A DNA stretch of 64,000 bases from Bacteroidota bacterium (GTDB taxonomy: Bacteria; Bacteroidota; Ignavibacteria; Kryptoniales; JAKASW01): positions 4,398 to 68,397 of the forward strand of contig JAJYRM010000007.1 of assembly GCA_021794075.1 (NCBI GenBank). Direction: 5' to 3'. The translations under genes were made by a program, and so were the position numbers. Shown here piece by piece: positions 58,777-64,000 of the stretch. Every line of letters begins with the position of its first letter. The stretch's first letter is position 1. The notes under the pieces were generated by a model. That model saw nothing but the letters and a program-made list of their open reading frames with translations. It had not been told where the DNA came from and made no database searches.

Positions 58777-60114
58777 ATGACCGATACAACAAATAACCAG
58801 GCAAATGTGCCGCTGCGCGAGGCCACGGAATTTCTGTATGGATTAGAGAAGTTCGGTATCAAGATGGACCTCGACAATATCGTCGCCCTCATGAAATACG
58901 CGGGCGATGTTCACCGACAGCTTAATGTGGTCCATGTGGCGGGCACTAATGGTAAGGGAAGCACATGCGCCATGATATCGAGCGTGCTCGCGGCACAGGG
59001 CTACAGTGTCGGACTTTATACTTCTCCGCATATCGTCAGTTTCACCGAACGAATAAAGGTCAACGGTGTACCGATACCCTCCGGTGATCTTGTTAGGCTG
59101 ACAGATTTTTTTCACAATGAAATAGTCAAGCTCCGGGCAACATTCTTCGAAGCGACTACGGCGATAATGTTGAAATACTTTTCTGAAATGAAGGTGGATT
59201 ACGCTGTCGTTGAAACCGGGCTCGGGGGAAGACTTGATGCGACAAACGTCGTAGATCCGCTTGTCTCGGTGATCACCGGCATCAGTTACGATCATATGGA
59301 TGTCCTGGGCGACACACTGGAGAAAATCGCGTTCGAGAAAGCTGGCATTATAAAGAGAGATAAGCCGGCAGTTGTGAATGTGACACAGGAATCTCTAATG
59401 AAGGTTTTCTCAGAGGTGGCATCAGGTAGGGGGGCAAAGCTTCTCTTTGTGAAGGACATAACGAAGCTCACCCGAAGTCAAGTTGGTGTCGAGGGTTCGG
59501 TTTTCGACGCGAAAGTATTTGGCAAGGAGTATGAGTCCTTAAAAGTCGATCTTGGAGGGAAGCATCAGATCACTAACGCGCTGACCGCACTTTCGGCGAT
59601 CCATCTCCTTACTGAATCTGGCGTTAATATTGCGCGAGAGGCCGTTTATACTGGTCTAGCTGCGATCAGGACGAATACAGGGCACCGCGGAAGGCTTGAG
59701 GTTCTCTCTCATCATCCGCTTGTCATCCTGGATGTCGCGCACAATCCCGACGGGATCAGGGCATCCATCGACAGCCTTGAGCCGCTTCTTGCGGACCGAC
59801 GAGGCACCGTCCTATTCGCGGTTATGAAGGACAAAGATGCCGTGCCTATGTTAAATAGCTTGCGGGATAAGTTCACGCATATTATCTTGACCCAGCTTAA
59901 GATAGGCCGCTCCATGGGTGCTAATGATTTGAAGAAGTTGAGTAACGGTATTAAATTAAAAACGCAAACATTCGACAATTCCACAGACGCGTTAAGAGCT
60001 GCATTAAGCCAAACCGACAATGATAGTTTTCTCTTGGTAACGGGATCGCACTATTTGGCGGGCGAGGTATTGCCGGTTCTGGATAAATCGGTAATAAAAC
60101 TTGAGAGCCTGTAA
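58777..60114 (+). CDS. folC: bifunctional folylpolyglutamate synthase / dihydrofolate synthase
   Basis: 445 aa Mur-ligase fold with the P-loop VAGTNGKGST, ETGLGGRLDATN and DVAHNPDG. Confidence 0.92.
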   Translation: MTDTTNNQANVPLREATEFLYGLEKFGIKMDLDNIVALMKYAGDVHRQLNVVHVAGTNGKGSTCAMISSVLAAQGYSVGLYTSPHIVSFTERIKVNGVPIPSGDLVRLTDFFHNEIVKLRATFFEATTAIMLKYFSEMKVDYAVVETGLGGRLDATNVVDPLVSVITGISYDHMDVLGDTLEKIAFEKAGIIKRDKPAVVNVTQESLMKVFSEVASGRGAKLLFVKDITKLTRSQVGVEGSVFDAKVFGKEYESLKVDLGGKHQITNALTALSAIHLLTESGVNIAREAVYTGLAAIRTNTGHRGRLEVLSHHPLVILDVAHNPDGIRASIDSLEPLLADRRGTVLFAVMKDKDAVPMLNSLRDKFTHIILTQLKIGRSMGANDLKKLSNGIKLKTQTFDNSTDALRAALSQTDNDSFLLVTGSHYLAGEVLPVLDKSVIKLESL

Positions 60115-60283
60115 TTCAATTGATCCGTTCTTTTTGAATCCCAATCTATAGGATCCCCGAGCAAACCTAATGAAGGGTAACTAGATAACATACATTGAGT
60201 CTCGTTTGCGGCTTTCCTGCGCCGAAGTCAGGAAGTTTTTCAACATATCAAAAGTTATAAAATCTCGTAGGAGGTAGTTTTCA

Positions 60284-61591
60284 ATGACTGTAGATCTTGC
60301 GGAGCTGCAGGGAATGAAGGTAGCAGAGTTGCACAAGTTGGCCAGGGAACTTGAGATCCCCGGTTTTAGCGGACTGAGGAAAGAGGAAGTCATATTTAAG
60401 ATCATGGAGAAGCAGAGCAGCATGGTGAAAGAGGCCGCTCCCGCAGCGGAAACCACCACGCAAGCACCGCCGGAGGCCCCCGGCATCTCAGTCAGCGCCG
60501 GCGTCCTCGACGTCCACAGTGACGGATACGGATTCCTTAGGTCTCCTAAGTACAATTACCTCTCTTCCCCAGATGATATCTACGTCTCTCCCTCGCAGAT
60601 TAAGAAGTTCGGCCTGATGACCGGAGACACGGTCAGTGGCCAGATCAGGCCTCCCAAAGAAGGCGAAAAGTTCTTCGCTCTACTGAGAGTGGAACGCGTC
60701 AATTTCCGCGAGCCTGAGTTCACGCGGGAACGAGTGATGTTCGATAACCTTACTCCGCTCTATCCCAACCAGAAGCTGCATCTCGAATCTGTTCCTGGTG
60801 AATATTCGATGCGGATCATCGACCTCCTGGCGCCGATCGGGATGGGACAGCGTGGCATGATCGTGTCGCCGCCTAAAGCGGGGAAGACCATACTTCTTCA
60901 GAAGATCGCTAACAGCATCACACGCAATCATCCTGATGTGAGGCTGATCGTGCTCCTGATAGACGAACGTCCCGAGGAAGTTACCGACATGGAACGTTCC
61001 GTCAACGCGGAAGTGGTGAGCTCCACATTCGACGAGGAGCCGCAGCGCCATACTCAGGTTGCCGAGATGGTTCTTGAGAAGGCGAAGAGGTTGGTCGAAG
61101 CGAAAAACGATGTCGTGATTCTGCTCGACAGCATCACCCGTTTGGCGAGGGCATACAACGCAACCGTGCCGCACAGCGGCAAAATCCTCTCAGGCGGTAT
61201 CGATTCGAACGCGCTCATCAAACCGAAGAGGTTCTTCGGCGCGGCGAGGAACATCGAAGAGGGAGGAAGCTTGACGATCATTGCGACCGCGCTCATCGAG
61301 ACCGGAAGCAGGATGGATGAGGTTATCTTCGAAGAGTTCAAGGGCACTGGCAACATGGAAGTGGTCCTGACGCGCGAACTGGCAGATAAGCGAATATTCC
61401 CTGCGATAGACGTGAACAGGAGTGGAACGAGGCACGAAGAACTCCTTCTGTCACCCGACGAACTGAACAGAATCTGGGTTTTGAGAAAGATACTGAGCGA
61501 TTATTCACCGGTGGATGCGATGGACTTTCTGCTTGACAAGATGCGTGGAACAAAGAGCAATAAGGAATTCCTTAAAGCAATGAACAGCTAA
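60284..61591 (+). CDS. rho: transcription termination factor Rho
   Basis: 435 aa with the N-terminal Rho_[20 protein letters not shown], an RNA-binding CSD (DGYGFLR), Walker A PPKAGKT and [13 protein letters not shown]. Confidence 0.96.
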   Translation: MTVDLAELQGMKVAELHKLARELEIPGFSGLRKEEVIFKIMEKQSSMVKEAAPAAETTTQAPPEAPGISVSAGVLDVHSDGYGFLRSPKYNYLSSPDDIYVSPSQIKKFGLMTGDTVSGQIRPPKEGEKFFALLRVERVNFREPEFTRERVMFDNLTPLYPNQKLHLESVPGEYSMRIIDLLAPIGMGQRGMIVSPPKAGKTILLQKIANSITRNHPDVRLIVLLIDERPEEVTDMERSVNAEVVSSTFDEEPQRHTQVAEMVLEKAKRLVEAKNDVVILLDSITRLARAYNATVPHSGKILSGGIDSNALIKPKRFFGAARNIEEGGSLTIIATALIETGSRMDEVIFEEFKGTGNMEVVLTRELADKRIFPAIDVNRSGTRHEELLLSPDELNRIWVLRKILSDYSPVDAMDFLLDKMRGTKSNKEFLKAMNS

Positions 61592-61605
61592 AAAAGGAGG
61601 TCCAT

Positions 61606-62781
61606 ATGAGACAGGTAGTCATCACGGGCGCCTGTCGCACTCCGATCGGCTCATTTCAGGGGGCGCTCAGCACTCTCTCTGCGCCGAAGCTTGGCTCACT
61701 CGCGATCCGAGAAGCCATCAAGAGGTCGGGACTCAATCCTGACCAGGTTGAAGAAGTTTTCATGGGATGTGTCCTGACCGCTGGGGTCGGTCAGGCCCCC
61801 GCGCGACAGGCGGCGATCTTTGCCGGCTTACCAAACACCGTTCCGTGTACTACCATCAATAAGGTCTGCGGCTCAGGCTTGAAGTCTGTCATGCTCGGTG
61901 CCCTGACCATCCTTGGCGGCGAAGCTGATGTAGTCGTGGCGGGCGGAATGGAAAGCATGTCCAACGCTCCTTATCTCCTGGAGAAGGCCCGGACAGGTTA
62001 CAGAATGGGCGATGGAAAAATTGTCGACTCAATGGTGAAGGATGGCTTGTGGGACGTCTACAATGATTATCACATGGGCAGCGCCGCTGAGCTTTGCTCT
62101 CGTGAATGCCACATACCGAGAGACGCCCAGGACGAATTTGCAGCGAAGAGCTACCGAAGGGCCATCGAAGCGATGGACAAGGGGTATTTCAAAGATGAGA
62201 TTGTTCCGGTAGAGATCCCGGCGAAAGGTGGAACATCGACGATCGTCTTGGAGGATGAGGAGCCGAGGAAAGTAAAGTTCGACAAGATGACCCAGTTGAG
62301 ACCGGCGTTCGAGAAGGACGGCACGATCACCGCCGCAAATGCGAGTAAGCTTAATGACGGCGCCTCCGCACTCGTGTTGATGTCCGAGGAAAAGGCAACG
62401 GAGCTTGGCGTGAAACCGCTCGCCCGGCTGGTGGCTCAGGCCTCTACTGCTCAGGCCCCGGAGTGGTTCACGACGGCGCCTGCATCTGTGATCCGGCGAT
62501 TGTTCGAGAAAATGAATTTGAAGAAGGAAGACATCGACCTGTACGAGATAAACGAAGCCTTTTCGGTTGTCTCGCTGGCGGTTACTGAAATGCTTGGGCT
62601 CGATATGGAAAGAGTCGACGTTCATGGCGGTGCCGTCGCATTAGGTCATCCAATAGGCGCGAGCGGCGCACGTATCCTCACTACGCTCATCTATGCAATG
62701 CAGAGACGCGAGGTCCACCGAGGTTTGGCGGCGATATGCATCGGCGGGGGTGAAGCGGCAGGAGTAATAATCGAAAGGTAA
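61606..62781 (+). CDS. acetyl-CoA C-acetyltransferase (thiolase II)
   Basis: 391 aa with the active-site Cys motif NKVCGSGLK, NEAFS and the C-terminal CIGGGEA. Confidence 0.94.
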   Translation: MRQVVITGACRTPIGSFQGALSTLSAPKLGSLAIREAIKRSGLNPDQVEEVFMGCVLTAGVGQAPARQAAIFAGLPNTVPCTTINKVCGSGLKSVMLGALTILGGEADVVVAGGMESMSNAPYLLEKARTGYRMGDGKIVDSMVKDGLWDVYNDYHMGSAAELCSRECHIPRDAQDEFAAKSYRRAIEAMDKGYFKDEIVPVEIPAKGGTSTIVLEDEEPRKVKFDKMTQLRPAFEKDGTITAANASKLNDGASALVLMSEEKATELGVKPLARLVAQASTAQAPEWFTTAPASVIRRLFEKMNLKKEDIDLYEINEAFSVVSLAVTEMLGLDMERVDVHGGAVALGHPIGASGARILTTLIYAMQRREVHRGLAAICIGGGEAAGVIIER

Positions 62782-62784
62782 ATA

Positions 62785-63651
62785 ATGGATATCAATAACG
62801 TAGCAGTAATAGGCGCGGGAACTATGGGAAATGGGATCGCCCATGTACTCGCCCTATCGAAGTTCAATGTAAATCTGATCGATGTCAGACGCGATGCGGT
62901 AGAGAGGGGCATGGGGTACATCAGGCACAACATGGATCGGCAGGTCAGTAAAGGATTTCTGAGCGAGGATCAGAAGAATGAGGCTCTTGGCAGAATAGCC
63001 CAATCGACATCGCTCGAAGGTGGGGTTCGCGACGCGGACTTCGTTATAGAGGCGGCTACGGAAAACGTTAAGGTCAAGAAAGACGTGTTTCACACTCTCA
63101 GCGATATATGCAAGCCCGAAACAATTCTCTCGAGCAACACGTCGTCCATATCTATTACCGACCTTGCGGCTGCTACGCCGAAGCCTGATAAGGTTATCGG
63201 AATGCATTTCTTCAACCCGGTCCCCGTGATGAAGCTCATCGAGATCGTTCGTGGGCTCGCGACATCAGATGAGACTTTCGAAGCTGTACGCAATCTCGCT
63301 TACAAGCTCGACAAGGTACCCGTCGAGGTGCAAGACTTCCCTGGGTTCGTGTCGAACCGAATACTGATGCCTATGATAAACGAAGCCATCTTCTGTCTGA
63401 TGGAAGGTGTTGCGACTGCGGAGGCTATCGACACCGTTATGAAACTTGGCATGAACCATCCTATGGGGCCACTCGCGCTCGCCGATCTGATCGGGCTGGA
63501 TGTGTGTCTTGACATAATGAACGTGCTGTTTTACGGAACAGGCGATACAAAATACAGGCCATGCCCGCTTCTCAAAAAGATGGTAGCGGGAGGTTATCTT
63601 GGTAGAAAAACCGGAAAAGGATTCTACACCTACGAACCAAGAAATTCGTAA
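62785..63651 (+). CDS. hbd: 3-hydroxybutyryl-CoA dehydrogenase
   Basis: 288 aa with the Rossmann motif [23 protein letters not shown] and GFVSNR. Confidence 0.93.
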   Translation: MDINNVAVIGAGTMGNGIAHVLALSKFNVNLIDVRRDAVERGMGYIRHNMDRQVSKGFLSEDQKNEALGRIAQSTSLEGGVRDADFVIEAATENVKVKKDVFHTLSDICKPETILSSNTSSISITDLAAATPKPDKVIGMHFFNPVPVMKLIEIVRGLATSDETFEAVRNLAYKLDKVPVEVQDFPGFVSNRILMPMINEAIFCLMEGVATAEAIDTVMKLGMNHPMGPLALADLIGLDVCLDIMNVLFYGTGDTKYRPCPLLKKMVAGGYLGRKTGKGFYTYEPRNS

Positions 63652-63692
63652 CTCCTTTTGCGACATTCACAATCTCAAAACAGGAGTGTGAA

Positions 63693-64000
63693 ATGGTAGA
63701 CTTCGAGTTCACCGACGAACAGGCGATGATCAGAAATGCCGCACGCGATTTCGCAGACAAAGAACTTGCTGCTGGAGCCGCAGAACGCGACGAAAAGGAG
63801 CAGTTCCCATCGGAAGAAATCAAGAAAATGGCGGAGCTTGGTTTTATGGGCATGATGGTTCCGGAGGAAGCGGGGGGAGCCGGGATGGACACGGTTAGTT
63901 ACGTGCTGGCTCTCGAGGAAATCAGCAGGGCCGACGCCTCGGCGGGAGTAATAATGAGCGTCAACAACTCCCTCGTTTGCTGGGGGCTCGAGAAGTTTGG
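63693..64000 (+). CDS. acyl-CoA dehydrogenase (short-chain/butyryl type), N-terminal fragment truncated by the window end
   Basis: Hand translation from ATG 63693 gives MVDFEFTDEQAMIRNAARDFADKELAAGAAERDEKEQFPSEEIKKMAELGFMGMMVPEEAGGAGMD..., a typical ACAD N-terminus. It follows thiolase and hbd. Confidence 0.85.
   Translation, partial: MVDFEFTDEQAMIRNAARDFADKELAAGAAERDEKEQFPSEEIKKMAELGFMGMMVPEEAGGAGMDTVSYVLALEEISRADASAGVIMSVNNSLVCWGLEKF

Overview
This 64 kb bacterial chromosomal window is about 50% GC, has a coding density above 90%, and is dominated by housekeeping genes. I support about 60 protein-coding genes, one RNase P RNA, one PyrR-type regulatory RNA motif and a few intrinsic-terminator-like hairpins. 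I found no rRNA, tRNA, CRISPR array, IS element, prophage or recognisable defence system, and composition looks uniform throughout.

Layout:
- Minus strand: thrC-lysC-argC-argB-DUF2085-membrane operon, then two oxidoreductases.
- Plus strand: a degenerate recombinase-like gene coupled to leuS, then a GT2 glycosyltransferase, an MsbA-like exporter, an APC permease and a DUF255 thioredoxin-domain protein.
- Minus strand: PLP enzyme, pdxJ, rlmB, lgt, ptsN and a nucleotidyltransferase/PMM-like fusion.
- Plus strand: pyrR-pyrB-pyrC.
- Plus strand: NIF3, zinc-ribbon protein, rnpB, recJ, yebC, ruvC, ruvA.
- MFS transporter plus a 1024-aa secreted glycosidase-like protein, then an acyl-CoA ligase.
- alr-manC-rlpA-EamA-trmH.
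- AmmeMemoRadiSam trio, DUF2520 protein, long RmlA-like enzyme, crotonase.
- mnmA plus an orphan receiver domain, facing a macro-domain/methyltransferase pair.
- TPR lipoprotein-pyrK-pyrD, folC, rho-thiolase-hbd-acyl-CoA dehydrogenase.

Lgt, an MsbA-like exporter, RlpA and lipobox proteins point to a diderm bacterium. Shine-Dalgarno sequences are used. I cannot assign a lineage without database searches.

The most interesting items are:
- a complete AmmeMemoRadiSam module of unknown function, tightly overlapped, with possible extra partners and a G10 tract inside its Memo gene;
- a tyrosine-recombinase-like gene that has lost its catalytic residues and is translationally coupled to leuS;
- a nucleotidyltransferase fused to a PMM/PGM-like domain whose four catalytic loops all look degenerate;
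- two noncoding gaps of about 450-475 nt, one ending in a strong orphan terminator.

All functional calls rest on my recognition of family motifs in the supplied translations. No search or folding computation was run.
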